A stretch of 64,000 nt of DNA from Flavobacteriales bacterium. Its GTDB lineage: Bacteria > Bacteroidota > Bacteroidia > Flavobacteriales_F > PHOS-HE28. The stretch covers positions 20,117 through 84,116 of the forward strand of contig JBIIYP010000012.1 of NCBI GenBank assembly GCA_044346705.1, in the 5' to 3' direction. This document shows positions 49,734 to 60,162 of the stretch, one piece after another; within the stretch, counting starts at the first letter, position 1; every line of letters starts with the position of its first letter. The notes under the pieces are model-generated. The model worked only from the letters and a program-made list of their open reading frames with translations. It was not told where the DNA came from and ran no database searches. A program made the position numbers and the translations under genes.

Positions 49734-52700
49734 TCAGGCGTCCTTGCCGTGGCACTGCTTGAACTTCTTCCCGCTACCGCAGGGACAGGGGTCATTTCGC
49801 CCCACCTTCTTCTCCACGCGCACGGGCTGTGACGGTGGACGGGGCGGCCCCTGGGGGGGCATGGGCGTGCGCTGCTGCGCAGCAGCTCCGGCGGCGCGCT
49901 GTTGGGGTGGTGCGGAAGTTTGGCCGCCAGCGAACTGGGGCACCTCCGTGCGGCTGGTCTGTAATTTCTGCTGGGGTTCCCGCCGCGGTGCGGGGGCCTG
50001 TTTCACCGCTGGTTCCGCGGCGGGAAGCCCTGCGCGGGACAGGAAGGAGACCACCTCCGCGTTCACCCGGTCGATCATGGCCTGGAACAGGTTGAACGAC
50101 TCCAGCTTGTAGATCAGCAACGGGTCCTTCTGCTCGATGGTGGCGTTCTGCACGCTGCGGCGCAGCTCATCCATTTCGCGCAGGTGTTCCTTCCACTCGT
50201 TGTCGATGATGGCCAGGGTGATGTACCGCTCGATGCTGTTGCCCAGTTCCCGGCCTTCGGTCCTGTAGGTCTTCTCCAGGTTCGCCACCACCTGCATCGT
50301 CTTGATCCCGTCGGTGATGGGCACCACGATGTTCTCGTACTGCGCACCCTGGTTCAGGTAGACGTCGCTGATAACAGGAAGGGCCTGGCGGGCCATCTGG
50401 CCACTGTGCCGTTCGTACGCGCTCATGGCCGCCTCGTACAGCCGCTCGCTCACCTCATCGGCCTTCAGCTTCTTGAACTCCTCTTCGTTAACCGGGCTCT
50501 CCACGAACAGGCGGCGGAAGAGGTCCAGCTGGTAGCCGTCGAAGTCGCCAGCGGCATGGTGCTGTTCCACGATGCTGCGGCCCACGTCGTTGAACATGTT
50601 GAGGATGTCGAGCTTCAGGCGTTCCCCGAACAGTGCGTTGTGGCGGCGCTTGTAGATCACCTGGCGCTGCTTGTTCATCACGTCATCATACTCCAGCAGG
50701 CGCTTCCGGATGCCGAAGTTGTTCTCTTCGACCTTCTTCTGCGCACGCTCGATGCTGGCCGTGACCATGCTGTGCTGGATCACCTCGCCTTCCTTCAGCC
50801 CCAGGCGGTCCATGAGCTTGGCGATGCGTTCGCTGCCGAACATGCGCATCAGGTCGTCCTCCAGGCTGATGTAGAACTGCGAGGATCCGGGGTCGCCCTG
50901 GCGACCGGCGCGACCACGCAACTGGCGGTCCACACGGCGGCTTTCATGCTTCTCGGTGCCGATGATGGCCAGGCCACCCGATTCCTTCACGCCGGCCCCC
51001 AGCTTGATGTCGGTGCCGCGACCGGCCATGTTGGTGGCGATCGTCACCGTGCCGGGAAATCCCGCGTGCGCCACGATCTCGGCCTCGCGCGCGTGCTGCT
51101 TCGCATTGAGCACGTTGTGCTTGATGCCTTTGCTGCTGAGCATGCGGCTCATCAGTTCGCTCACTTCCACGCTGGTGGTGCCCACCAGCACCGGCCGGCC
51201 GGCCTTCTGGAGCCGGTCGATCTCCTCGATCACGGCCGTGTATTTCTCGCGCCGGGTCTTGAAGACCATGTCCTCATTGTCCTTCCGGACCACTGAACGG
51301 TTGGTGGGGATCACCATCACGTCCAGCTTGTAGATGTCCCAAAGCTCCTGGGCCTCGGTCTCCGCCGTTCCGGTCATGCCCGCAAGCTTGTGGTACATGC
51401 GGAAGTAGTTCTGGAGCGTTACGGTGGCATAGGTCTGCGTGGCGGCCTCCACTTTCACCTTCTCCTTGCTTTCGATGGCCTGGTGCAGCCCGTCGCTGTA
51501 GCGGCGACCGTCGAGAATGCGTCCCGTCTGCTCGTCCACGATCTTCACCTTGCCGTCCATCACCACGTACTCCACGTCCTTCTCGAACAGCGTGTACGCG
51601 CGGATCAACTGGTTCACGGTGTGGATGCGCTCGCTCTTGATGCCGAAGTCGCGCAACAGTTCATCCTTGCGCCGGGCCTTCTCCTCGGTCTGCAGCCCGC
51701 TCTTCTCGATCTCGGCGATGGTGCCGCCCACATCGGGCATGATGAAGAACGAGGGGTCGTTCACATCGCCGCTGATGAGGTCCACACCCTTCTCGGTGAG
51801 TTCGATGCTGTTCTGCTTCTCGTCGATGACGAAGTAGAGCTCCTGGTCCACCTTGGGCATCTCCTTGCCCTGGTCCTGCAGGTAGTAGGTCTCGGTCTTC
51901 TGCAGCAAGGCCTTCATGCCGGGCTCGCTGAGGAACTTGATGATGGCCTTGTTCTTTGGAAGGGAGCGGTGGGCACGCAGCAGGGCCATGCCACCCTTCT
52001 CCTGGTCCTCCTTCGACGCGGTGCCGCCTTCGAGGTTCTTCAACAGTTCCTTGGCCTCGGCCAGCAACTGGGTGGCCAGCTGCCGTTGGGCGCTGTACAG
52101 CCGCTCCACACGGGGCTTGTACTCGTCGAACTGGTGGATGTCGCCCTTGGGTGTGGGCCCACTGATGATCAGCGGCGTGCGGGCATCGTCGATGAGCACG
52201 CTGTCCACCTCATCCACGATGGCGAAGTGGTGCTTGCGTTGCACGAGCGCGTTCGGCGCATGGGCCATGTTGTCGCGCAGGTAGTCGAAGCCGTATTCGT
52301 TGTTGGTGCCGAAGGTGATGTCCGCGAGGTAGGCATTTCGGCGGGCGGGGCTGTTGGGCTCATGCTTGTCGATGCAGTCCACGCGCAGCCCGTGGAACTC
52401 GTACAAGGGACCCATCCACTCGCTGTCGCGCTTGCTGAGGTAGTCGTTCACCGTGACCAGGTGTACACCACGGCCCGCCAGGGCATTGAGGAACACCGGC
52501 AGGGTGGCCACCAGCGTCTTGCCTTCACCGGTGCTCATCTCCGCGATCTTCCCCTTGTGGAGGGCGATGCCACCGATGAGCTGCACGTCGTAGTGCACCA
52601 TGTCCCACGTTACCGGTGTGCCGGCCGCGCTCCAGGTATTGCTCCAGATGGCATCGTCCCCGTCCATGCGCACACTGTCCCTCCGCGCGGCCAGTTCGCG

Positions 52701-53120
52701 GTCCAGGTCCGAGGCACGCACGCGCAGTTCGCTGTTCTCCTTGAAGCGGCGGGCGGTCTCCTTCACGATGGCGAAGGCCTCGGGGAGGATGTCCAGCAGC
52801 CCGGTCTCGAGCTTCGCCACGATCTGTTCCTCCACCTTGTCGATCTCCTGATAGCGCTCCTCGCGGGAGTGGATGTCCATGTGCGGATCGGCCTCGATCT
52901 CGGCGCGCAGCTGGTCCACGCGGGCCTGCTCCTCCTTCACCAGGTCGCGCAAGCGCTGCTTGAGGTCCAGGGTGCGCTGGCGGAGTTCGTTGTTGCCGAG
53001 GGACGCGAGCTTGGGATACTCGGCCAGTACAAGGTCCACGAGCGGTTGCACCTCCTTCAGGTCGCGTTGCGCCTTGTCGCCGAAAACTTTCTTGAAGACG
53101 TTGGTCAGTGTGCCGATCAT
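49734..53120 (-). CDS. secA: Preprotein translocase subunit SecA
   Basis: [75 protein letters not shown] motif [18 protein letters not shown]. Confidence 0.98.
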   Translation of the reverse strand: MIGTLTNVFKKVFGDKAQRDLKEVQPLVDLVLAEYPKLASLGNNELRQRTLDLKQRLRDLVKEEQARVDQLRAEIEADPHMDIHSREERYQEIDKVEEQIVAKLETGLLDILPEAFAIVKETARRFKENSELRVRASDLDRELAARRDSVRMDGDDAIWSNTWSAAGTPVTWDMVHYDVQLIGGIALHKGKIAEMSTGEGKTLVATLPVFLNALAGRGVHLVTVNDYLSKRDSEWMGPLYEFHGLRVDCIDKHEPNSPARRNAYLADITFGTNNEYGFDYLRDNMAHAPNALVQRKHHFAIVDEVDSVLIDDARTPLIISGPTPKGDIHQFDEYKPRVERLYSAQRQLATQLLAEAKELLKNLEGGTASKEDQEKGGMALLRAHRSLPKNKAIIKFLSEPGMKALLQKTETYYLQDQGKEMPKVDQELYFVIDEKQNSIELTEKGVDLISGDVNDPSFFIMPDVGGTIAEIEKSGLQTEEKARRKDELLRDFGIKSERIHTVNQLIRAYTLFEKDVEYVVMDGKVKIVDEQTGRILDGRRYSDGLHQAIESKEKVKVEAATQTYATVTLQNYFRMYHKLAGMTGTAETEAQELWDIYKLDVMVIPTNRSVVRKDNEDMVFKTRREKYTAVIEEIDRLQKAGRPVLVGTTSVEVSELMSRMLSSKGIKHNVLNAKQHAREAEIVAHAGFPGTVTIATNMAGRGTDIKLGAGVKESGGLAIIGTEKHESRRVDRQLRGRAGRQGDPGSSQFYISLEDDLMRMFGSERIAKLMDRLGLKEGEVIQHSMVTASIERAQKKVEENNFGIRKRLLEYDDVMNKQRQVIYKRRHNALFGERLKLDILNMFNDVGRSIVEQHHAAGDFDGYQLDLFRRLFVESPVNEEEFKKLKADEVSERLYEAAMSAYERHSGQMARQALPVISDVYLNQGAQYENIVVPITDGIKTMQVVANLEKTYRTEGRELGNSIERYITLAIIDNEWKEHLREMDELRRSVQNATIEQKDPLLIYKLESFNLFQAMIDRVNAEVVSFLSRAGLPAAEPAVKQAPAPRREPQQKLQTSRTEVPQFAGGQTSAPPQQRAAGAAAQQRTPMPPQGPPRPPSQPVRVEKKVGRNDPCPCGSGKKFKQCHGKDA

Positions 53121-53181
53121 GGCCGGGGAGGGGTGGGTGGGGATGGCGGAGAGGAACGTGCACCGCCGTTGAAAAGGCGGC

Positions 53182-53189
53182 CAAAGTTA
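53182..53189 (-). promoter_or_regulatory. -7 element TAACTTTG for secA
   Basis: Exact TAnnTTTG match about 60 nt upstream of the secA start. Confidence 0.65.
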
Positions 53190-53274
53190 GACGGCTTCCG
53201 CGAGGGGCCGCTGAAGCCCGGGAACACAGACCCTGCCAGAGGAGCACCGCTGACACTTCGGCAGAAGGGGCAAG

Positions 53275-53302
53275 AAAAAGCCCCCCGGTTCACGGGGGGC
53301 TT
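53275..53302 (-). terminator. Intrinsic terminator after DUF2795
   Basis: The minus strand reads AAGCCCCCCG-TGAAC-CGGGGGGCTT followed by a T run. Confidence 0.8.
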
Positions 53303-53322
53303 CCAGGGGTTCAAGGCGTTGG

Positions 53323-53544
53323 TCAGTATTCGTCCTCGTTGAAGAAGAAGTCCTCTTTGGAGGGGTAGTCCGGCCAGATGTCCTCAATGGATTCGAACAC
53401 CTCCTCATCGTCCTCGATGCTTTGAAGGTTCTCAACGACCTCCAATGGAGCGCCGGTGCGCATGGCGAAATCGATCAGCTCGTCCTTCGTGGCGGGCCAG
53501 GGTGCATCCTCCAGGTAGGAGGCCAATTCGAGTGTCCAATACAT
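53323..53544 (-). CDS. DUF2795 family small acidic protein
   Basis: MYWTLELASYLEDAPWPATKDELIDFAMRTGAPLEVVENLQ...IWPDYPSKEDFFFNEDEY; -7 box TATATTTG at 53577-53584. Confidence 0.92.
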   Translation of the reverse strand: MYWTLELASYLEDAPWPATKDELIDFAMRTGAPLEVVENLQSIEDDEEVFESIEDIWPDYPSKEDFFFNEDEY

Positions 53545-53668
53545 GTCAGGCCGTGTAGGGTCCTTGAAATCGGCGGCAAATATAGACGGATAGGAATGCG
53601 GAGGGCGGCTTCTTTTCAACCGCTGTTGATGAGCGGTTATTAGGCTCGTTATCAGGGGGATGCTTGCT

Positions 53669-54220
53669 TCAGCCGCGAGGCTTCCAAGGATGCTCGGCCA
53701 CCCCAAGCTCGTGCCCCAAGGACCGTGCCACCACAAAAAGGAGGTCGGAGAGCCGGTTGAGGTAGCGGATCAATATGGCCGGCACCTCCTCTTGCACGCC
53801 AAGCTGTACGCATCGGCGTTCGGCTCTTCGGCAGACCGTGCGGCAGATGTGGGCCTGCGAAACGGAGGGATGTCCACCCGGCAGGATGAAGTTCCGCATC
53901 ACCGGAAGGTCCTTGTCCAATTCGTCCATGGCCGTTTCCAGCGCCGTGATCTCGGCGTCCGTGACCTGCGGCACCTTGAAGCTGTCCGCTTCCGCATCGG
54001 AGCCGGAGGCGAGCCGTGAGCCGATGCTGAACAGGGTGGTCTGCACCTCCTGGAGCATTGCCTTGTGGCGTTCCGTGCTCCAGTCGCGCAACAGGCCCAG
54101 GTGGCTGTTGAGCTCGTCCACTGTGCCATAGGCTTCGATGCGCAGGTGGTCCTTCGGCACACGGGACCCGCCCAGCAGGGAGGTCTGTCCCTGGTCGCCG
54201 GTGCGGGTGTAGATCTTCAT
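53669..54220 (-). CDS. ATP:cob(I)alamin adenosyltransferase (PduO-type)
   Basis: MKIYTRTGDQGQTSL, RIEAYGTVDELNS, FILPGG, RTVCRRAER, YLNRLSDLLF. Confidence 0.93.
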   Translation of the reverse strand: MKIYTRTGDQGQTSLLGGSRVPKDHLRIEAYGTVDELNSHLGLLRDWSTERHKAMLQEVQTTLFSIGSRLASGSDAEADSFKVPQVTDAEITALETAMDELDKDLPVMRNFILPGGHPSVSQAHICRTVCRRAERRCVQLGVQEEVPAILIRYLNRLSDLLFVVARSLGHELGVAEHPWKPRG

Positions 54221-54230
54221 GGGGTGCGGT

Positions 54231-55019
54231 TCAATAGCGCAAACGGAAATGCTCGCGCGCTTGTTCGCTGCGGAGGAAGACCAGCCCCATGGTGTACAGG
54301 TCGATCGTCACGCTGACCCGGGGATGGTGCTTCACTTGCTCCCAAGCCTCCTCCATGCCCTGGCTCCAGTGAATGTCGTCCAGGATGAACACGCTGTCGT
54401 TGTGCGCTTTGCCGAGGCACTGCTCGAAGTAGTCGAGCGTGGGGTCTTTCAGGTGGTGCCCATCGATGAAGACGAGATCGAGCGCGTCCACATTGCGAAG
54501 CACTTCAGGCAGCCGCGCCCGGAAGCTGCCCAGCAGTGGCGTGATGTTGCGCTGGCGCAGCTCATCGAAATGGTGACGTGCGATGTGGTGCGTTTGTGGA
54601 CAGCCTTCGATCGTGATCACGTGGCCGTTCTCAGCCCCCCGTGCCAGGTAGAGCGCGCTCAGGCCGAAGGAGGTGCCCAGTTCGAGGACGGTACCAGGGT
54701 CGAAGTACCGCGCCAGACGGAAGAGCATCCGGGCCTGATGCGGGGGCTTCAAGGCGGTCCGGGCCATGTCCGCCACGCGACGGCCCGGCAGCTCCAGTAC
54801 GCGGCTTCCCGCCCCCAGGTCGTTCACGCGGATGGTCTGCTCGCTGTCCAGCAGCTCTTCGCGAAGTGCTTCGATGGCCGTGTATTCCTCGCGCTCGCCC
54901 GTGTCGCGCAGGACCTGGTCCGCGAGTTGGAACACGAAAGGGGAGTGCACGGCGTGCCGCGAACGGGCCTTCACCAAGTGGTTCAGGTAGCTGCCGATCT
55001 GCCGGAGTTGTTCGCCCAT
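54231..55019 (-). CDS. Class I SAM-dependent methyltransferase
   Basis: HAVHSPFVF, VLELGTSFGLS, TIEGC, DLVFIDGHH, ILDDIHWSQGMEEAW. Confidence 0.88.
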   Translation of the reverse strand: MGEQLRQIGSYLNHLVKARSRHAVHSPFVFQLADQVLRDTGEREEYTAIEALREELLDSEQTIRVNDLGAGSRVLELPGRRVADMARTALKPPHQARMLFRLARYFDPGTVLELGTSFGLSALYLARGAENGHVITIEGCPQTHHIARHHFDELRQRNITPLLGSFRARLPEVLRNVDALDLVFIDGHHLKDPTLDYFEQCLGKAHNDSVFILDDIHWSQGMEEAWEQVKHHPRVSVTIDLYTMGLVFLRSEQAREHFRLRY

Positions 55020-55084
55020 GTGCGTTGCGAATGTAGGTGCGGGTCGCTTCGCCCAGGCACCTTCCCGTCGCTGGGGTCAACAGG

Positions 55085-55098
55085 CTGATGTTCGTCAG
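55085..55098. promoter_or_regulatory. Crp/Fnr-like box upstream of ccoI
   Basis: CTGAT-GTTC-GTCAG, a 5-4-5 palindrome similar to TTGAT-N4-ATCAA, centred about 30 nt upstream of a CATCTTCG -7-like element (55121-55128). Confidence 0.5.
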
Positions 55099-55133
55099 TT
55101 CCCGGGTCTTGCCAGGCCGCCATCTTCGCGGCC

Positions 55134-57533
55134 ATGTCCACCCGCGCCGCCACGGAAACGAAGTGCTATCACTGCGGGGATGCGTGCGGTGAGGAGCATC
55201 TGGTCCACCAGGAGAAGGACTTCTGCTGTGGAGGATGCCAATTCGTGTACGACCTGCTGCAGGAGAGCGGCATGTGCGAATACTATTCGCTGGAGGACCG
55301 GCCGGGCACGAAGAGCAAATTGAACGCCGAGGAGGCGCGTCCGGAGCTGTTCGACCTGCCCGAGGTCCGCGACCGGCTGGTGGAGTATCACGAGGACGGC
55401 ATCACACGTGTGCGCCTGCACATCCCGCAGATGCATTGCAGCAGCTGCATCTGGCTGTTGGAGAACCTCCATCGCCTGCAACCCGCGATCATCCGTTCGC
55501 GTGTCCGGTTCACCCAGAAGGAGCTCACCATCACGTTCCGCGAGGAAGCGTTGAGCCTGCGGGCCTTGGTGGAGCTGATGCGCCGCATCGGTTACGGGCC
55601 ACTGCTGACCAGCGATGGCACCGGCACCCGGACCGGCCCGGTGATCCCGCAGTTGATGTACGTCAAGCTCGGCGTGGCGGGATTCTGCTTCGGCAACATC
55701 ATGCTCTTCAGCTTCCCGGAATACCTGGGGGCCGATGTGGAGGATGCCACGCTGTTGAACGGGTTCAAGTTCCTGAACTTCGTGTTCAGCCTGCCGGTGG
55801 TCCTGTTCGCCAGCACGGAGTTCTTCAGCTCCGCCTGGGCGGGCATCAAGGGACGACGGATCAACATTGACCAGCCCATCGCCCTTGGCATATTGGCCTT
55901 GTTCCTGCGAAGCACTGCGGATGTGCTGACCGGCGCTGGTCCGGGGTACTTCGATTCGCTGGCGGGGCTCATCTTCTTCCTGCTGATCGGCCGCTGGTAT
56001 CAGGCCTATACCTACAATGCGCTGAGCTTCGACCGCACGCTGAGCGATTTCCTCCCCCTGGCGGTGCTTCGCCGTCGGGGCGACGTGGAGGAACCGGCCA
56101 GCGTGGGCGACCTGCGGCCCGGGGACATCATCGTGGTGCGCGACCAGGAGCTGGTCCCTGTGGATGCGGTGCTCCGCTCCGGGATCGGCAACATCGACAA
56201 CAGCTTCATCACCGGTGAGCCCTTGCCGGTGAAGCGTTCCGTGGGTGATCCGGTCAAGGCGGGCGGTCGCCAGCGCGGTGCCGCCATCGAACTGGAGGTG
56301 CTCCGACCCTTCCAGGACAGTCATCTGAAGCGGCTCTGGGAGGAGCATACCGGCGACCATGAGCGTCCGTTGATGCCCCGCACGATCGATGCGGTTGCCC
56401 GCCGCTTCACCGTGGCCGTGTTGCTGATCGCCACGGGTGCCGGGCTCTATTGGTGGGGGCACGATGCCGCGCAGGTGTGGCCCGTGGTCACGGCGGTATT
56501 GATCGTGGCCTGTCCCTGTGCGCTGGCGCTGGCCATGCCGTTCGCCTATGGGCACACCATCCGGCTGCTGGGTGGCAGGGGCCTGTACCTGCGTGATGCC
56601 GAGGTGGTGGAGCGGATGGCCTTTGTGGATGCGGTGGTCTTCGACAAGACCGGAACGCTGACCGCACGGGAGGCCTACGCCATGCACTTCATGGGTGTTC
56701 CGCTCACGCTGCACGAAGGCTCCCTGGTGCGCTCCGTGGCGCGGAACAGCACCCATCCGCTGAGCGCGGTGCTCTACAACGGCCTGAAGGCCCCCTTGAT
56801 GGACGCCGTGCTGGTGGAGGAGACCCCCGGCGCAGGCATCCAGGGCCTGGTGGACGGCCGGAGGGTGCGCATCGGTTCCGCAGCTTTCACGGCAGGGCCG
56901 AACGCGGAACGGGTGCAGGGGCAGGCGCATGTGAACGTGAGCATCGATGGTGTGCATCGGGGGAGGTTCGAAGTGCGCAAACGGGCCCGCTCGGGCATGG
57001 CCGAAAGCGTGGCAGGGATCAGCGCGCAGGCCCGCACCTACCTGTTGACCGGGGATGCCACCGTGGATGCCGATGTGGCCGTGGCGTTCCAAGCGGACCA
57101 CATGGTGACCGGACAGACCCCGCCGGAAAAGGCCCGCTTCGTGCGCGGGCTGCAGGCGGAGGGTCGGCGGGTGATGATGGTCGGCGACGGGTTGAATGAC
57201 GCCGGGGCCCTGCAACAATGCGACGTGGGCGTGACCGTGAGCGAGAGCAGCGCGGCCTTGACCCCGGCGAGCGATGCGATCCTGGACGCGAATGCCCTGG
57301 GCGAACTGCCACGGATGATGCACCTGACCCGACGCGCCCGGCGCATCGTTTTCGCAAGCCTGGGGATCTCCCTGATGTACAACGTTACCGGCGTTTCCTT
57401 CGCCGTGAGCGGCCACTTGACCCCGCTCGTCGCCGCCATCCTGATGCCTTTGAGCTCGGTGACCGTGGTCGGTTTCATCTCCCTGGCCATCTGGCTGGCC
57501 GCCCGTGACCTCGGTCTGCGGGGTAAAGCATGA
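55134..57533 (+). CDS. ccoI: cbb3-assembly heavy-metal (Cu) P1B-type ATPase
   Basis: N-terminal CYHCG...FCCGGC, HMA CSSC, TGEP, ACPCAL, FDKTGTLT, MVGDGLNDA, LMPLSS. Confidence 0.92.
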   Translation: MSTRAATETKCYHCGDACGEEHLVHQEKDFCCGGCQFVYDLLQESGMCEYYSLEDRPGTKSKLNAEEARPELFDLPEVRDRLVEYHEDGITRVRLHIPQMHCSSCIWLLENLHRLQPAIIRSRVRFTQKELTITFREEALSLRALVELMRRIGYGPLLTSDGTGTRTGPVIPQLMYVKLGVAGFCFGNIMLFSFPEYLGADVEDATLLNGFKFLNFVFSLPVVLFASTEFFSSAWAGIKGRRINIDQPIALGILALFLRSTADVLTGAGPGYFDSLAGLIFFLLIGRWYQAYTYNALSFDRTLSDFLPLAVLRRRGDVEEPASVGDLRPGDIIVVRDQELVPVDAVLRSGIGNIDNSFITGEPLPVKRSVGDPVKAGGRQRGAAIELEVLRPFQDSHLKRLWEEHTGDHERPLMPRTIDAVARRFTVAVLLIATGAGLYWWGHDAAQVWPVVTAVLIVACPCALALAMPFAYGHTIRLLGGRGLYLRDAEVVERMAFVDAVVFDKTGTLTAREAYAMHFMGVPLTLHEGSLVRSVARNSTHPLSAVLYNGLKAPLMDAVLVEETPGAGIQGLVDGRRVRIGSAAFTAGPNAERVQGQAHVNVSIDGVHRGRFEVRKRARSGMAESVAGISAQARTYLLTGDATVDADVAVAFQADHMVTGQTPPEKARFVRGLQAEGRRVMMVGDGLNDAGALQQCDVGVTVSESSAALTPASDAILDANALGELPRMMHLTRRARRIVFASLGISLMYNVTGVSFAVSGHLTPLVAAILMPLSSVTVVGFISLAIWLAARDLGLRGKA

Positions 57534-57565
57534 CGAATGTCATGTTCCGCAATGAGCGACATCAG
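57530..57565. promoter_or_regulatory. Two tandem TGA-N6-TCA boxes upstream of ccoS
   Basis: ATGAC-GAAT-GTCAT (57530-57543, overlapping the ccoI stop) and ATGAG-CGAC-ATCAG (57552-57565), 22 bp apart. Confidence 0.55.
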
Positions 57566-57618
57566 GCCTGCACTGTCATGGATGGGTCAGTTTTGGCGCA
57601 CTTTCACCTTCGGCCTCG

Positions 57619-57786
57619 ATGAACGTCATTTTCCTCCTGATCACGGCCAGCACCCTTGTTGCTGCCGTTTTCCTCATGGCGTTCGTGTGGGCCGTGAAGA
57701 GCGGCCAGTACGATGACGATCGCTCTCCTGCGGTGCGGATGCTGGCCGAGAACGACCTCCCTCAAACACCACCCGAAACCAAGTGA
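57619..57786 (+). CDS. ccoS: cbb3 oxidase maturation protein CcoS
   Basis: Below the track cutoff; MNVIFLLITASTLVAAVFLMAFVWAVKSGQYDDDRSPAVRML, 55 aa. Confidence 0.92.
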   Translation: MNVIFLLITASTLVAAVFLMAFVWAVKSGQYDDDRSPAVRMLAENDLPQTPPETK

Positions 57787-57789
57787 CCG

Positions 57790-59970
57790 ATGATCGAGCG
57801 CTTTCACTACGATAACCGCATCGTCAAGGCCTTCCTGTTCGCCACTGTCCTGTTCGGGGTGGTGGGCATGCTCGTCGGCCTCATCGTCGCCATCGAAATG
57901 GTGGCGCAGAACACCTCGGTCGATGCCTGGTACTATTGGCTGGTCCGGCCTGTCACCTGGTTGGGTGAGCAGCAATGGTTCACCTTCGGCCGCCTGCGGC
58001 CATTGCATACCAATGCGGTGATCTTCGCCTTCGTGGGCAACGGGATCTTCGCCGGTGTCTACTACAGCCTGCAGCGCCTGTTGAAGACGCGCATGTTCAA
58101 CGATACGCTGAGCTGGATCCACTTCTGGGGCTGGCAGTTGATCATCGCCAGCGCGGCGATCACGCTTCCGCTGGGCTTCACCACGGGCAAGGAATACGCC
58201 GAGCTCGAGTGGCCCATCGACATCGCCATCACCTTGATCTGGGTGGTGTTCGGCATCAACATGATGGGCACCATCCTCAAGCGCCGCGAGCGGCACCTGT
58301 ACGTGGCCATCTGGTTCTACATCGCCACCTGGGTGACGGTGGCCATGCTGCACATCGTGAACAGCGTTGAGATCCCGGTGAGCCTGTTCAAGAGCTACAG
58401 CTGGTATGCCGGTGTGCAGGACGCGCTGGTGCAGTGGTGGTATGGACACAACGCGGTGGCCTTCTTCCTTACCACGCCCTACCTGGGCCTGATGTACTAC
58501 TTCATGCCCAAGGCGGCGAACCGCCCGGTGTACAGCTACAAGCTCTCGATCATCCACTTCTGGGCGCTGATCTTCATCTACATCTGGGCTGGGCCCCACC
58601 ACCTGTTGTACAGTTCCCTGCCCGATTGGGCGCAGAGCCTGGGCACCGTGTTCAGCATCATGCTGATCGCACCCAGTTGGGGTGGCATGCTCAATGGTCT
58701 GCTCACCCTCCGGGGCGCATGGGACCGTGTGCGTGAGGATCCCATCCTCAAGTTCTTCGTGGTGGCCGTGACCTGCTACGGCATGAGCACCTTGGAAGGT
58801 CCGCTCCTGAGCACCAAGCTCCTGAACAGCATCAGTCACTTCACCGACTGGACCATCGCCCACGTGCATGTCGGTGGACTTGGCTGGAACGGCTTCCTGA
58901 CCTTCGGCATGGTCTACTGGCTGATCCCGCGTCTCTACGGCACCAAGCTTTACAGCAAGGGCCTGGCCAACGCGCACTTCTGGGTCGGTACCCTCGGCAT
59001 CGTGTTCTACGCCGTACCGCTCTACTTCGCCGGGTTCACACAGGCCCTCATGTGGAAGCAGTTCACGCCGGACGGTTACCTGGTCTACAAGAACTTCCTG
59101 GACACCCTCCTGCAGATCGAGTACGCCTACTGGTTGCGCGTTCTGGGCGGTCTTCTTTACCTGTTCGGCGCCTTGCTGATGGTCTACAACGTCTGGCGCA
59201 CGGTCGCCCAAGGCAAGCTCATCGCCGATGAGGCCGCGGAGGCCCCGGCACTGGAGAAGAGCCCTGCGGCGCAGGAGGCCGGACACTGGCATCGCTGGAT
59301 CGAGCGTCGCCCCATGTTCATGTTGGTCTTCAGCCTGGTCCTCGTGGCCATCGGTGGACTGGTGGAACTGGTCCCGACCTTCCTGGTGAAGAGCAATGTG
59401 CCCACCATCGCGAGCGTGACACCGTATTCGCCGCTTGAATTGCACGGACGCGATATCTATATCCGCGAAGGCTGTTACACGTGCCATTCCCAGATGATCC
59501 GGCCGTTCCGCAGCGAGACCGAGCGCTACGGCGAGTATTCCAAGGCCGGAGAGTTCGTTTACGACCACCCCTTCCAGTGGGGCAGCAAGCGGACCGGACC
59601 GGATCTGTTGCGCGTCGGTGGCAAGTACCAGAACAGCTGGCACTTCTACCACATGCTCAACCCCGGGAAGTTCGTGAAGGGTTCGCTCATGCCGCCCTAT
59701 GCGTACCTCTTCGATGCCGCGATCGATACGGCCGGCACCAGGGCGCGCATCGAGGCCATGCAGACGCTCGGTGTTCCCTATGAAAAGGGTTATGAGGAGG
59801 TGGCGGTGGACAGCCTGATGGCCCAGGCGAACCTCATCGCCGAGGACCTCCGGAAGGGCGGTATCCCGATCGAGAGCGACCGCGAGATCATCGCGCTGAT
59901 CGCCTACCTGCAGCGCCTGGGCACCGACATCAAGAAGAAGCCTGCCACGATCGCCGGCACCAACCCCTGA
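57790..59970 (+). CDS. ccoN: Fused cbb3 cytochrome c oxidase subunits I/II (CcoN-CcoO)
   Basis: FGRLRPLHTNAVIFAF, QWWYGHNAVAF, WAGPHHL, HFTDWTIAHVH; CcoO part GRDIYIREGCYTCHSQMIRP, WGSKRTGPDL. Confidence 0.97.
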   Translation: MIERFHYDNRIVKAFLFATVLFGVVGMLVGLIVAIEMVAQNTSVDAWYYWLVRPVTWLGEQQWFTFGRLRPLHTNAVIFAFVGNGIFAGVYYSLQRLLKTRMFNDTLSWIHFWGWQLIIASAAITLPLGFTTGKEYAELEWPIDIAITLIWVVFGINMMGTILKRRERHLYVAIWFYIATWVTVAMLHIVNSVEIPVSLFKSYSWYAGVQDALVQWWYGHNAVAFFLTTPYLGLMYYFMPKAANRPVYSYKLSIIHFWALIFIYIWAGPHHLLYSSLPDWAQSLGTVFSIMLIAPSWGGMLNGLLTLRGAWDRVREDPILKFFVVAVTCYGMSTLEGPLLSTKLLNSISHFTDWTIAHVHVGGLGWNGFLTFGMVYWLIPRLYGTKLYSKGLANAHFWVGTLGIVFYAVPLYFAGFTQALMWKQFTPDGYLVYKNFLDTLLQIEYAYWLRVLGGLLYLFGALLMVYNVWRTVAQGKLIADEAAEAPALEKSPAAQEAGHWHRWIERRPMFMLVFSLVLVAIGGLVELVPTFLVKSNVPTIASVTPYSPLELHGRDIYIREGCYTCHSQMIRPFRSETERYGEYSKAGEFVYDHPFQWGSKRTGPDLLRVGGKYQNSWHFYHMLNPGKFVKGSLMPPYAYLFDAAIDTAGTRARIEAMQTLGVPYEKGYEEVAVDSLMAQANLIAEDLRKGGIPIESDREIIALIAYLQRLGTDIKKKPATIAGTNP

Positions 59971-59981
59971 TCCCCGGAGCC

Positions 59982-60158
59982 ATGCTGAAGTACATCAAGA
60001 GCCACCTCGATACCATCCAGGGCATCGACGTGTATCCGCTCATCTCGTTCGTGCTGTTCTTCGGGTTCTTCCTGGTGATGCTTTGGTGGGTGCTCACCTC
60101 GGGCAAGCACGCGTTCGATCACATGGAACAATTGCCGCTCAACGAAAAGGAGAACTGA
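59982..60158 (+). CDS. ccoQ: cbb3 oxidase subunit CcoQ
   Basis: Below the track cutoff; MLKYIKSHLDTIQGIDVYPLISFVLFFGFFLVMLWWV...MEQLPL, 58 aa, between ccoNO and ccoP. Confidence 0.88.
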   Translation: MLKYIKSHLDTIQGIDVYPLISFVLFFGFFLVMLWWVLTSGKHAFDHMEQLPLNEKEN

Positions 60159-60162
60159 AGCC

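Noticed and set aside
57790-59970. ccoN-ccoO fusion as a novelty
   Set aside because: Fused CcoNO is the usual arrangement in Bacteroidota cbb3 operons.
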